NCBI GenBank assembly: GCA_002633005.1
Contig: NMRA01000008.1
Coordinates: 231,019 to 295,018, forward strand
Length of the DNA stretch: 64,000 bases
Source of the DNA: Phoronis australis
Lineage: Eukaryota > Animalia > Phoronida
Reading direction: 5' to 3'
Of this stretch, positions 24,833 to 38,304 are shown piece by piece. The notes under the pieces were generated by a model. The model was not told the DNA's origin, did not search any database, and saw only the letters and a list, made by a program, of their open reading frames with translations. The position numbers and the translations under genes are program-made. Every line of letters begins with the position of its first letter. Position 1 is the stretch's first letter.

Positions 24833-27599
24833 TCTCTATTTGATCACGATCAATGAACAAGTACACAGATCTATGGTAACTGTTTGAAAACACCTGATCC
24901 ACAAGTGTCTACCAAGAGAGGCTGCAACTCCACAGAAAATTCCAGAAATGGCACAATCAATCGTAAAAAAATCACCAGGTTTATACGGAATAAAACACCA
25001 GCCTCGGGTACATTTTTGACGAAATTCTTCAATCACATATCCTATCAGAGTTTTGGACCCTCAAGCCGACACCATCTGATGCAGGTAAATCATGAAGACA
25101 CTGTCATAACTTTGGCACAATACGATGAATTCTATTCCCCCATACAACTGTTGGTTGTCAAAAGATGGTGTTTAGGACAGGTCAACGAAGCCTTAAAGTC
25201 ATTACAGCCAGCACATCAGCTTGTCCTCAAACTTCACTAGAGAAACTTCAACTGAAGAGGTTGTGTTTTTTGTTGGCCAACGTGTTCCTAGGCATCTGTT
25301 TTATATTTTACGCCTCAATGAAACCCATATGAAGCGGATATTGTCAGTCTATAGCATAAGGATGTCAAAAGTTGAGGGCCACATTTGTTGTGACAGTTGA
25401 TCTCAATCTGTCAAAGTGAGCACTGTTCTTTTTTATGAATGAACAGTGGGTTTCGAGCTGCACTGCTTTTCTCAACTTTGAGTGTCCCTGCGGGAGGTTT
25501 GATTTCGCCAATATATATCAGAAGATTAGTGACAACAAAGTCAAGCTATCTGGAAATTTAATTAAAGAGTCTAGAAGTTGATTTTTAATTAACAGCCGGG
25601 CCAAGTGCAAAGGGAAAGACCTCAGCTATGAGAAATATTGCAGACACAGATAATATTACAAAACATAAATTATGTGTCTGCTGAAATAATGGAAAGTTTT
25701 TAATGGAGCCAGATTATTCACTAATATGACAACACTCAACATCTGTTAAAGAGAGCACCCTGTTAAGCAAGGATCATTTATCATAACCCCCCTCGAAAGA
25801 AGAAAGGAACCTGATATTTCTTCCCATCTATTTGGCACACAATATGCCCGAAAAGTAGAAGTTCATACTAAACCAAATTCCTTAAAAAAACAAGAATAAT
25901 GTTCTGTATCAATACTATCTGTAGTCCACACTGCAGCTCAAATAAAACAATATTTGTTTAAAACATTTCAAAGTAATAAGCCTTAGAATGATGACAACTC
26001 TGACTATGTATGAAATAGCTGAAGAATTATAATCCATGTTTTTGAAAAGAATTAATCACGATCACCACAAACCTCAACAATTGTAAATCAAAACGTTTTT
26101 GAGAAATCTTAACTATTATAGCCATCCACCTAATTTCACAACACTCTCAACAGACCACAACAATCTAACAGTACTAGTACAAACACACAGTGACACACCA
26201 TCAAAGATTTGCACCCACCAGAGATCACACCTACACTCACATGTTAGCATTACGGTGAGATCAAAAAATGAGTCCAATCGCAGGTGAGCTACAGGTAAAC
26301 AAAGGTATGACTCAATCTTAACATAATCGCAGACATCACACAGATGTGCAAATGACACTGACTCAGTCCAGGAAGTGTGTCCTGATAAAAGACCCATTAA
26401 AGTCCACTTGAGAATCCCTCTACCCCATAACCATGGCAACTCTCACTGCTTGACATGCCCAATGCTGTCCTGGGGGACTGGAGGCTATTCATTCGAGTAG
26501 CCGGACCTACTAATACAGTAATTCTCCACATATTTCGCACACTAATAATTGTAAAAACGAGAAAAGTTACATACTTCGAGACATTTATCTGCACAAAAAA
26601 ATTGTCATAAGTGTAATTTTCCATTTTTCGAAAGCAGATTAGTTTGCTATTGTTATGGAAAGTTTACAAACTTCCTTGCTAGTAGCAGATTATATTTTCT
26701 TAATCTTTTGTTTTTGTGGAGAAATTTGACAAAATAAAATTTCACTAGCTGTCATGATGGGAGTTAAATATGTGAAGAATTACCAATGATATCAGTAAAG
26801 GCTATAGGTGGATATCAAAGCATTTGTCTGCATTACAAAACATGGCAGACCTCAAAACCCAATGCATGTACAATATACTACAAACATATGACAACATGGG
26901 CAGAGATCAGGCCTGCGTTCGGTAGCTCTGTGAAAACGCAAACATCACGCAAGACTTCACGGGATATCGGCATGCATTCCAAGCAAAGCACGTGACCACA
27001 CCAGGTATACACACCAAATTCTTGTGTCTATGGAACACAGCCCAGATTCTATGACTGGACAAAAAGTGACTTGGAGCAGACTAACCAGTGAGTTAACAAG
27101 TCCATTCCACTTTGCTTCATTTCAATGGAAAAATATTGTCACAACATACATGTGGATCACAGTTTATTTTTTACTAAGCAAGAGCACGTGGAAATTTGCC
27201 AGACGTCCCGAAACAATCAGTGCCACATATAAATGCCACTTAACTCCGACTTGATGTATATTTACTCTGAGTTTATTGATTACTTTACTTATCTGCATTA
27301 TAAATCTAGGTCTTAGCCACAAAAATTTCACTCTCTTTCAAGGAAAAAGCAACAACAATGTTCCATTTTCCCAAAAGAACTTTTGAACTATATGCGAATT
27401 GGAAATTTCTCATGACGATAAGATTGTTGTTTCAATGTACTTGTGAGTCTCACACACCAGGGGGTCAACATCCCCTAATTGCATTTCAGTAGTTAAAATA
27501 ATGTTGAGCATGAACAATCTTAAAACGATATGGAAATATAGAATGCAAACATTTTAAGTCTGGTCGGCACATCACCTGTTGACCATGTCCCGTGACCTA

Positions 27600-27665
27600 A
27601 TGAATGTGTGTGAAAAGATTTCTGCCCTGACCGGGACTCGAACCCGGGACATTCTGTTGACCGAA
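27600..27665 (-). mobile_element. SINE-like fragment
   Basis: B-box GGTTCGAGTCC in GTCCCGGGTTCGAGTCCCGGTCAGGGC on the minus strand; no A-box or cloverleaf seen. Confidence 0.4.
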
Positions 27666-28201
27666 CAAACAATAAAACAGATGCCAAAAGATATTACAAC
27701 ACCATTTCTGCACACCACAAAGGTAGATTGACACTGTCACCTATGTGCTAACAAGGGACAGTCGCCTAGAGCATGTTTCTTGCAAGGACATGCAAGACCA
27801 CAAAAAACATGCTAGTGAAAGGTGAGCGAAATCTCTCCAGTTCAGGACACCATACCATGACAGACAAGTAAAATAGTTGAAAAATTGTCATTCACAACAT
27901 TCTTAGAAAACACTGAAAGTTGAAAAAAGACCAATTTTCCCCACTTAAGTAAATGGTCTGTGAGACTGGAGAATTGATTAATAGGAAAAATCTTATTACT
28001 TTTGATCCATGACTGAAGATTATGTGCCACAAGCATTGCCTGTTATGGAACACAGCTATGGCTACAGTCAATGTAATTTGACAATATACCTCCAGTTACT
28101 GCATGCCTGTCCAATACTCCCCCCCCCACCCCCCGAATCAATTCTCAACATCACAATATCCCTAACATTCACCATTTGCATTATCCGCAGGTCTAACTTA
28201 C

Positions 28202-28402
28202 CCCAATGTGAGCCGCGATCTGACGATAATAGAACATATCCATGTCCTCTACAATGGTAGACCGGGGCGGACCGCTGCCACAGTTACCGTGGTGACATTG
28301 CTTCTGTCGACACGAGTTCTGGCGGCAGTTTCCGTTCTGCTCATAGCGCAGTCTATCCAACTCAGCCTGCTGCTGGGCTGTGTACGTGAAATAACTCTGC
28401 AT
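28202..28402 (-). CDS. RTKN: Rhotekin alternative first coding exon (MQSYFTY...STIVEDMDMFYYRQIAAHIG)
   Basis: Donor GGG|GTAAGT, phase 0; C-terminal part resembles the mammalian rhotekin isoform N-terminus HILEDLNMLYIRQMALSLE. Confidence 0.85.
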
Positions 28403-29206
28403 CGTCACTCGGTTACTGTTCACGCAGCACACCGAGAGCAGTGACCAGACTTAAGCCTCGCTGGTAAGACCAGGGCTGAATACACGAACACTACTTGATC
28501 CCACCTCCAATTAAAACCATTCAGAGAATTCAAAATATAAACAGCTTAAGTGCATCCATGGAGTGATTCTCTATCCAAATGTAAGTCATCCACTTGTAAA
28601 ACCAAAACAGAGCTTTTTACTGATGCATGGCGAAACAATATTGCCCTGGTCTATCTGCAGCACATTGTGTTAAAAAACACCAAGTACCAGGATGTGTTTC
28701 TAGATCCTACAGCTGGAGCGCATAGATCTTCTCTTCACTGAGTTCAAATGGTAAAAACCTAAAAGGAAATTTCTATTTAAAATGCATTCAACAAATCAAG
28801 CTAATCCCTGGATTAGTGGTCAGACATTCCTTGTAAAAACTACAGTGTAACTAAAAACAGTTGTGGTTTACACTATAATCTAATTTCCTTTACATTATTT
28901 TTCTCAATTTAGAGCCTACAGTCATGAAAAAAAAGAAATTTTACTTGTCAGCGTTCTTGTCAGAAATTAATATTTTTAGAATACTAGCTGGAACCCACTT
29001 CACCTCTGCCATGGTTGATATTGAAGACACATCAACAAACAGCAAAATTTGGAGAATTTTCAATAATGTAAGAAACCAATGCAGCACCATAGCCCAAAAT
29101 GTAAATCACGAAATATTAAGATTGAAGATCTACTATTGCTTAGAACAGGTGTTCTCTCTTAGTTTTAGTGAATTCTAAAAAACTAAGAAACTAGCATAGA
29201 AGCTAG

Positions 29207-29564
29207 CAAAGACTCACCTATGCCCATCAAAGACCTACCTAGATCCATCAAAGACCCACCTACGTCCATCAAAAACCCACCTATGTCCATCAAAGACTCA
29301 CCTATGTCCATCAAAGACCCACCTGCGTTCATCAAAGACCCACCTATGTCCATCAAAGACCCACCTACGTCCATCAAAAACCCACCTACGTCCATCAAAG
29401 ACTCACCTATGTCCATCAAAGACCCACCTGCGTTCATCAAAGACCCACCTGGGTGCATCAAAGACCCACCTACGTCCATCAAAAACCCACCTATGTCCAT
29501 CAAAGACCCACCTATGTCCACCAAAGCCCCACCTGGGTCCATCAAAGACTCACCTATGTCCATC
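29207..29564. repeat. 21-bp minisatellite (~17 copies) with 105-bp higher-order structure
   Basis: Unit TCCATCAAAGACCCACCTATG; explains ORFs 29183..29587 and 29220..29621. Confidence 0.95.
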
Positions 29565-30739
29565 CAAGCATTTTTTAAGGCTTCCAACGTTACTATGATT
29601 GTCCAAAAATGTTCTACATAACGTCTGCTAGAATTTGCAAAAACATTTGGTGCTACACGTCTTTTATGACAAAAGGAAAAAGAGAATTTCGCTTGTTCAC
29701 CATATTCTGTCCAAAATCGGTAAGATTTTCCTAGCGAGCTGTTGAGGATGAAGTCCGATATATACTAAAAGCCTTGCAAGGTGATCCAACTGTCACAGCT
29801 GGGACCACACACAAGACATTAGCAGAAACCAAGTTGATGGACTTTCCAGGGAAAACCAAACAAAAACTACATAATGACACTTTAGTTGTAAGCTGAGTTG
29901 TTGAATTAAGAGATAACCTTGCTGGCCTACAAACACTTCTAACAAGACATTGTCAAGAATAATGACCCAATGCACAACAGCTGATGGATAAACTGTTCCC
30001 TATGTCAATATTTAAGTCACATCAGTCTACCCTTGTTCTATCCATTAGGATGGATCTTTGATATCAAGAATGAGATTGACACAGTCATATTTCTATTTCA
30101 TGATACGTACAAAACAAAACCGGTGTTCTACAATAATTACATCATTACACCAATTGGTAGCTGATTATTACACTTGTATTACAGTATCCAGAGTTACCTC
30201 TATTCAACAAAAGTAACGTCAAAAATGTTTAAGACCACTGCGGTCCATAAATATTTCCATGGTGCTTTTTGACAGCATGATCGCCCAACTAATCAGTCCA
30301 CAACATTATCTGAATATTTTTCACCCCACCTTGACTGTCCAGGTGACAACACTGTGCATTGTACACAGCATGAACATGCTTAAACACAAAAATCAAATAA
30401 TGCAGTTAAAGAAGATGGATTCTAAGACAACTTCTCCCATGCACAACAATAGTTATGCAATAAAATTTGACTTGTGTTTGTCAAATTTTATCTTTTCCTT
30501 TTCAAAGGCTTTAGACTTAGTGTTGTGAATGTTGAGGAGTAGTCAAAACATGGTCTGGTGGTAATGGTGGTGTGGAACTTAAAGGAGAATGCCACCCGAT
30601 TTAATTAGTCTTTTTTACAGCCTTAATCGGTCCATATCCACATTGCCTCTTATACGGTCGACCTCACCTAGCCGAGAGGTGTCGCGTTAACCTGTGAGAA
30701 AGGTGAGAAAGGTGAGAAAGGATGCAGCGACGTCAGTGG

Positions 30740-30945
30740 TTCATCTGCAGAGTGAATGCTGCTGTCTGAACTATAAAGCTGAGAGGAAAGTGGGTATATT
30801 GTTTTTTTTCGACTTCCTCGAGAATCCGAAAAGCTTAGGGAGTGGCTCGCGGTAATGAAGAATGAAAAGTACGCTGTTAATAGCAAATATGAGGCCTTGA
30901 AACATCTCCGTGTCTGTGGCCGGCATTTCATCGACAGTGATTTCT
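30740..30945 (+). pseudogene. THAP zinc-finger remnant of the transposase
   Basis: FFRLPRESEKLREWLAVMKNEKY...HLRVCGRHFIDSDF has the THAP P, W and CxxHF signature; the N-terminal Cys residues are out of frame. Confidence 0.75.
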
Positions 30946-31906
30946 CTGATGAATACCAAAGAACTATCCATACATTCCGTTGCCTGTGCATGTTCACGGC
31001 ACATCTCATAGTATTTCTTGATCAGTGTATTCCGGTTCGAACTGATAGCCTGTGAAACCTAACGATCCGACCCGTGAAATCTTCGTCGGATGAGCTCTCG
31101 CCTAAGTCAAGATTGGCGCCGGGCGAGTTGACATGAAGACGTTTATTACTCTGCCTCCTGTTTCAAAATGAACTATTCTCACCCTAACCAATGCTTATAT
31201 AAAAGTGAAACAAAGTGAACTGTCTCATTAGATACAATTTAAAATGTCTTTGGAGTATTTGTGAGTGCAAATGTTTTGAGAAGCCAGCAATGAATGAACC
31301 ACAGCGTTACCGGTTTCAGATGGAATAAAGGTAATTGACCGGGCCGACCGAGGCCGTGTGAGCGCATGCTTCAGTGTTTGCTGACAGAACAGAAAGCTGT
31401 TGTGAAACAATAACTCCATTTTATATGCATGGTCACATGTTAGGGTAATCTTTATTTAAATACACAAATACAATATTCAAATTATTGTTACTGTACAACC
31501 TTTGCCCTGACGGTTCTGTGCAAAGGGAACCTGACTTCGCGGGGCCCCCCCTCCCGACAAGTAAGTTTCATGGCTAATTCACCTAAATAATTACGTGCAC
31601 ATTATTTCTTTGACTCACTATTATAGTCTTTTCGTAACTGGAGGTTTAGTTTCCAACTTAAGCTGGTTTATGTTCGTGATGTCCAGTCCCGGCGGCCGCC
31701 ATACCGTGAACAATACATTTTCAAGGAAGTCGCGCCTTTCTAAAGACATGCGGGAATTTTCCCCGCTCGTCCTTCTGAGCAGCTTTTACCAGGATCAAAG
31801 AGAGTGCGGCGCCAGAGTCAGGTACAGTTGTGAAGACTGCGATCAAGACCCAATTAAGCAACCAAGTACGGTTTTCAATTTTTAAAAATCCATGAACTAA
31901 TAATCT

Positions 31907-33002
31907 AACAAGAGCAACGCAGAGCGTTGAAATGCGCCCACAATTGCACCGCATACGGTATCCCTCTAGGGTTGTTTAGTGGTACCATAAAGTGGCCAGT
32001 AGAGGGCATATATGTAGTATGTTGTACTTAGCAAAATGGAAAGGCATGGTCATTGTCTCCTCAATAGGCTAGGGGCAAAATGTGAGTAATCTTCATAATA
32101 CAAGCACATCCTATACACCAGTTACTTAAAGCACCACAGAAACATAGAATTAAAAACAAATTTACCAACATACGAGATTAAAACAGCATTAGAATGCCAG
32201 AAACAAATTTCTACTTGGAACTTTTCCTTCATAGTCACGAAGTAACACAAAGTATACACCTGAAGACCTATGAAAATACAGAGGTCAATGTAAAATACTA
32301 AAATTGCCACTAGAGGCAAATACTAAAATTGCCACTAGAGGCATACCGGTAGTCAGAATCATCCTAAAGTCGTCATCGTCCGTTGTCAACATCACATAAA
32401 TACACTTGCTAAATTTAGTAAAGATCCTGCAAACGGTTTGGGAGATACAGCCATGGGCGCAAAAAACCAAAACTGCCACTAGGAGGCGCCACAGTAGTCC
32501 AAATCGTCTGAAAATCATTGTCAGCTGTCTTCCTTATAGTAAGCACATACACGCCAATTTTCACAATCATCCTTTGAGCGGTTTGGTTGATAGAGGGGTG
32601 GACGCACAAAAACAGACTCGAAAACACTAAAAATTGCCACTAGGTGGCGCAAACTATGTCGAATCCATCTGAAAACGGCAGGATAGCGTCATCTTACTAA
32701 TAGGTGCCTATATACCAAATTTCAGGAAAATCCGTTCAGGACTTTTGAAGATACAAAGGTAAGCGTAAAAAACTAAAATTGCCACTAGGGGGCACACCAG
32801 TAGTCGGATCCGTCCGAAAGTTTGCACATGCCGTCCCATTCATGAATGGAACATATGTGCCAAATTTCATGAACGTATGTCAAAGGGTTTTGGAGATAGA
32901 GCAGCGGACGCCGCCCGGACGGACGATTGGACGGCCGGCCGGACGGACGGACAGAGATGACGGCATAATGCGTCCACATATAAATATGTGGGCGCATAAA
33001 AA
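31907..33002 (+). mobile_element. HINE/Helentron-like non-autonomous element with internal ~150-bp tandem repeats
   Basis: 5' AACAAGAGC...; internal repeats starting AAAATTGCCACTAG; (GGAC)n microsatellite; 3' hairpin ATGCGTCCACATAT-AA-ATATGTGGGCGCAT followed by an A-run. Confidence 0.7.
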
Positions 33003-33518
33003 CTACAACCATTGGGTACGATGAGGTAAACTACTGCGCGTATTGATATACTCGGTGGATATACAAACGCTGATCAACGTTAACATGGATTCATTTTTTA
33101 ATATTCTTTCAAACTTGTTTAATCAGATTTTTGACCAGGAAACAGTTGTACTTAACTTGTGCCCACTTTTCATTCTTTATTACTGACAAAGAGCTAAAAT
33201 AGTTATATAGTCAGTGCCACTGAAAATTGTCCAAAGATTCCAAATCTTCAGTTCTGGTTATCACCATATTTGCACTTTTGTATTTATTTTATGATTTGAG
33301 TTCTAATAAAGATTAAACTTTAATGACACATGAAATGTTTAGTATTAGGCCTACCTGTACTGTGGAAAGTTCAGGGATCGGCTCACAATGAACTTAACTA
33401 ATTACGTTTTGCTGGCGATCAAAATCTACCACAGTTTTGGTACTTCAAGCTTAAAACTTAGATAAAAAGTTATCAACCCATTACCTGTAAGAAAAAAACA
33501 AGAGGGCAGAAGCATTAA

Positions 33519-33923
33519 GGCCCTTTCATACTGACTTAACTCCGGTCTGAGGGGAGCGTCGATGTAAACAGCGCAGTTAACTGGACCATTCATACTGGCT
33601 TCGGTAGTTAATGAACATCGAAGTAAGCGGTTGGTGCCACTGTCATCATCGAAGTTATCGCATGGTAGCATTGCACGCTAAGATTTTTTTCAATGTTTCA
33701 ATTTGGAAATATTTACATGTGCTAAGTGACATTAAACTTATTTTTAAATCAATTGGTTATTATTAGAGCAAAATATAAGCAGCTATTAGTGACGGCACTA
33801 CCTTGTAGCTGTTGACGATAACAGTGGCACCTGGTGATAACTTCGACTAGACCGAAGTTAAGCGTTCATACTGCACCGCAACTCCCCAAACCATTGATGC
33901 GTCGACGTTAGTATGAAAGGCCC
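33519..33923. mobile_element. PIF/Harbinger-like MITE
   Basis: TIR GGCCCTTTCATACT / AGTATGAAAGGCCC in a TA-rich context. Confidence 0.6.
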
Positions 33924-36900
33924 ATTAAAAATTAAATAACAAAAACCAATAAGAAACATATCGTTCCTTTGGGAAGTGGACCTTTGTGAAGATAAACACA
34001 AGTTAACTTTTTTAGTCATTTTGTAATATTGATAATGTACCAAGTTAAAACTACTCTACAGAGTTACAGGGTGTAACTCTGTAAATGTCAGAGAAAACCA
34101 AATTGGGGGTACTAACAACAACCATTGTTGAGACAGTTAATGCTAGCCAATACCTTTCCACTTCATTAGCTCAGATCTACATCAATACAAAGGGCGTGCT
34201 GAATAGGCATCCTAAAAGTTGTCTGGGGCTAAGGGAATTTGAGTGGTGACCAGTGTAAGCGAGAAATTCTCCACATGGCGACGGGCCTGATCGGGTTCCA
34301 AACCACTGGCGTGGAGTAAAAAGCATTTTGTGTGTTTAGAATTGAAAAAAATCGCAAGTCTAAAAGTACAACACACAGCTATGTCCCCCCCCTCGTCTGT
34401 ATTTCACGGAACAATGATTCAAATTTATCACCAAACAGATGCAAACTCCCGCAATCGACCATGGTAAATTGGCCTCGGCTACCGAACTCTGTAGCCTAGT
34501 ACGGTACGTTCAAATACCTATAAATCCCTAACAGTGAAATAAAACAACACATTTGTTCAAGAACTCGATGCATTTGTAAGGGGTGTACATCGAATTTATG
34601 ATTTATTAGTGTAAAATGATGAATTCAAGCGACAAATTGACACCAGTAAGCGTGTTGTGAACGGCCGAACAGACTGCATTCGAACCGATTAAGTCATTGG
34701 TTAATTTCAACACCTCCGTCTGCCGTTAGGTGTCAGGTAACGCAACCGAACTTGCCGTTATCGAGTGAAACTACTCGATCTAAATTGATACAAAATAGGT
34801 TTTTTTGGTGGCATTCTCTTTTAAAAGGGAATAAGCATTTATTTTGGCGTTATTTATATTTCATGAAAAATGAAAGAAATCCATCATAGATTGTCTTAAA
34901 TTGGTGCGACTTTACTGCAACATTTTTCAAAACAATTTTTATCCATTAACGACAGTGCAATAAATTTCAGAACATTTTACTACTTTTATTTGGACAGCAC
35001 TTGGTCCTTCAAAAAACAACGATTTCGGCCATTTCTAAATACCGAAAATCAGTGCAATATCTAATCCAAGGATATTTGGGACAAAAGAACATCTAAATTA
35101 CGCAAAAGATCTCTCAGATTTTTTTCGACTTTGATTATATCAACAAAACAGTAATTTCACAACTTCGAGACAAAACGAAATCCTACAAAGTTAGTACGTT
35201 CTTTGAAATACCACATTGAAAAACGTCAGGATTTTCATGGACACACAGTGAAAATTAGAACCATCAATCTAAACCAACTCCAAATAAAGAATCCCCACTA
35301 TGGTAACTCTCCACTTATTTTGCACAAAAATAATTATCAAAATCGTCATTTCTCCATTCTTCAGAAGCTAATTACTTCACTACAAATACTGGAAAAATTT
35401 ACTAAAAGTTGTTTTATGATGTCTACACAGTACAAAGCAAGCCATGGAAAAATATCACTAACATAGGATGCAGTATGCCAGACAGCTGAAATGTTACTGT
35501 CTATTTTCTTCATAAAAATATGTTGTACCAAAATTAATGCTTTGCCATGCTCAAGTTTTGTACGACATCTACCATCGCACAAAATTTTGAAAACTTTTGG
35601 GCACTTACACTGTATGCAGACATTGAAAATGAGAAAAGGACAATTTCGCCAATTATTTTTGTCCCAAATTCGTGAGATTTTAACACAGCAATAGACTCCA
35701 ATTGTCTAAATCTTTCTTTTGGGGAGAAATTTGACAAAATAGAATTTCACTCATCATCCATATTATGTGCTTAAGGTCATGTAAGACCATAGAAAAATGT
35801 ACAAGTTTTGCCAACTTCGGAACATCACATCTCAAACATGGCTGATCGGGTTCACATGAAACTCAATGTTAGGAATTGTATTGAAATGTTCCACTTATGT
35901 ATGAGGGGTTGTCAAAAAAGGACTTAAATAATTTTTGATAAAAAACTTTAAAGTTGCATAAAACGGAAAGATAATTTAAAAAACCCTAACATTTCTGATA
36001 CTTTATCTTGAACATATACGGTGTATCCCATTAAATTTGCTCACGTTATCCATCCTGTTATTTCTCTATGAATGCAGCTCTCTTTTTTTACTAAATTTCA
36101 CTAAAAAGAACGGTCACGTGACCTAACTAACGGCAGATTGATATAAAGTCAAAAATCAAATTCTACGGAATTTCTACTCAGAAATATTTACCTTTGCCAG
36201 GTTAAATTCTGTAGTTTTGTAGTTATTCGGCTAAATGTAGTCTTGATGATAAGGTCCAACACATACTCAGTGAAGACCTACCCTAACCTGGCTGGGTCAT
36301 GTACGCCACAAGATCGCAATGGTGACATCTAACACCTGGGCCTTGGTTGAGAAGGGACAACATATCAACAACACTGGAGCCAGAAATAAGCAAAACAAAA
36401 CAGAGAGATATCCATCTGTGCCTGAAGGTGCCACTCTTATTGGTTAATTTCTTTGTGGTAGAACAATGTTGGTTAATTGACTAAATGACCACAGTTGGTC
36501 GGGGACAGACTTAGTGCTCCAAGTAAAGCAAGCAACAGAGTTTTCAGAGGCAAGAATAGCCTCCCCCATACATAAAACATTCATTTCCTTAATGGCTATT
36601 TATTTTCTTAACACTACTTTAAGTGGTTTCAAAATTGAACAACAAAAGCCAAATAGTTAATCAATACCTCAAATAAATAAATAAATAGGTAGCTGTCAGC
36701 GAACTGCACTAGAAACATTAATCACTAATTTATTAGCCTGAAATTATAATTGAATTCTTCACAAGGAAATTTCACATTGGTATCTAAGAATTAACGTGAT
36801 ATAAATTTCTTGGCAAATAAGAAACCTTTGACAACTAACCTAACCACAACTAACGGATTTTGTAGTAGCGGCTGACTTCAAAGCGCAAAATTCACAATCC

Positions 36901-38304
36901 CACCGAGACTTTATGATCTCGAATTCTGTTTGAGGATGCTCAGACTACAGTAAGGTTGAAAAAGTATTTCTGGAACTTGAGAGGACTCTGTGCCTTTAAG
37001 TCAACAAGAGGTCACTTCTCTGTTAAAGTTGCAGGTATTGACCAGCTGACGGCACTGTACAATGCAAACACAGGACATCCAATGTGCTCTTAGAATATTA
37101 ATGCCAAATAAGAATATTACAGGAACCTATTCCATACACATGTTATGTGTGATGCATTGGGGGGATGAATGTAAACAGTGTGTTACAGAACATGTTAAAT
37201 GACCCTATACCTGGTGGCTATTCAGTGAATGGTCAGTTGGTGTAGAGGCCAAATTGAATAGAATACTAGGAAAAGAATATGTGATACAGCTTTGACACAG
37301 AGTGTCGCAGGAACCTTTTCTTTGAGGCACCACTCCCATTTTCGTTTGACAGGAAGCTCTAGAAAACATTCTGCATATAACCAATACTAAGCCAACTTTT
37401 GACTAAGGCGTGATGAAAATACCTACATTCACTGGCATTATTTTTTAAATGCAACATGCAATTTCTCTGCAAAACATCGTACCCTAGATTTGAATCTGGG
37501 GATGAGTTCTGTTGAGCCAAGCCACTTGCAAGAAAAGCTAGTGTAATCACATGGTTCACTTGTAATGTATGGTGGCAACTCACAGTCTTGCGCATTCTTT
37601 GCATCCATTGAACGCAACCCAGATGAAACAATGTGCAACAACAGGGACGACCAGAGTTTTGTAATCTACAGTTCTGCTAACGAAGACAACACATGCCTAA
37701 AGACCACAAAAAGTCGAGAACAATCATTCAACATCTTGAAAATGATTTTTGTTTGCTGACAAGTGGCAATCTTCCACTGACAATATAATTACCGTCCTTG
37801 AGATTACTCAAGTGACCGGAATCATTAGCGCTGGTCATAAATTTCCAGGGTAGTAATCTTGCCAAAGTAGCTGCTCTAAGGAAACAGCCAGGTGCTATCA
37901 GTCTACAGGTGTGTCACTGAGACGCAGTATTACCTATCAGTGATTAATAGAGATTAAAGTGTAGGACTGTCAGTAGCTTGATTAACACTGTCACTGACTA
38001 CACCAGGGCCAAGATATTTGTGCCAGTCAAGTGTCAGGTTGGAATTATTTAAGACTTGGCAAGTTGACTACTTATCTTTTAGGACCGAATGCTTTAAAAG
38101 TACGCCTTGTCGAAACAATGTGAATATGAGAGAGATAGTTGACATGAAAGTTGCTATGTGTTTTTTGAAGAATGTATTTATTGCGAAAATGATTTGGTGC
38201 AATCAGTTTAGGCCAGGCAAAAACATATGTAAATACACCAAACATTTAGACACCCACCATGAGACAACGAATCACAATGAGGAGCCAATACCTGAGACTG
38301 ACAA

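Larger units (their letters stand above)
30583..34820 (+). mobile_element. Degenerate Kolobok-type DNA transposon with nested insertions
   Basis: TIRs AGGAGAATGCCACC / GGTGGCATTCTCTT (13/14 match), TTAA on both flanks, THAP-domain remnant near the left end. Confidence 0.75.

Noticed and set aside
29183-29621. Overlapping repeat ORFs on both strands (SIKDPPM / LMDIGGS)
   Set aside because: Both result from a stop-free 21-bp tandem repeat. Not a CRISPR array either: no unique spacers, eukaryotic context.
33426-33671. Minus-strand ORF resembling Kolobok KolX (NRLLR...LPSC)
   Set aside because: Mostly lies within a separate TIR-bounded MITE and lacks the Cys-rich KolX motifs.
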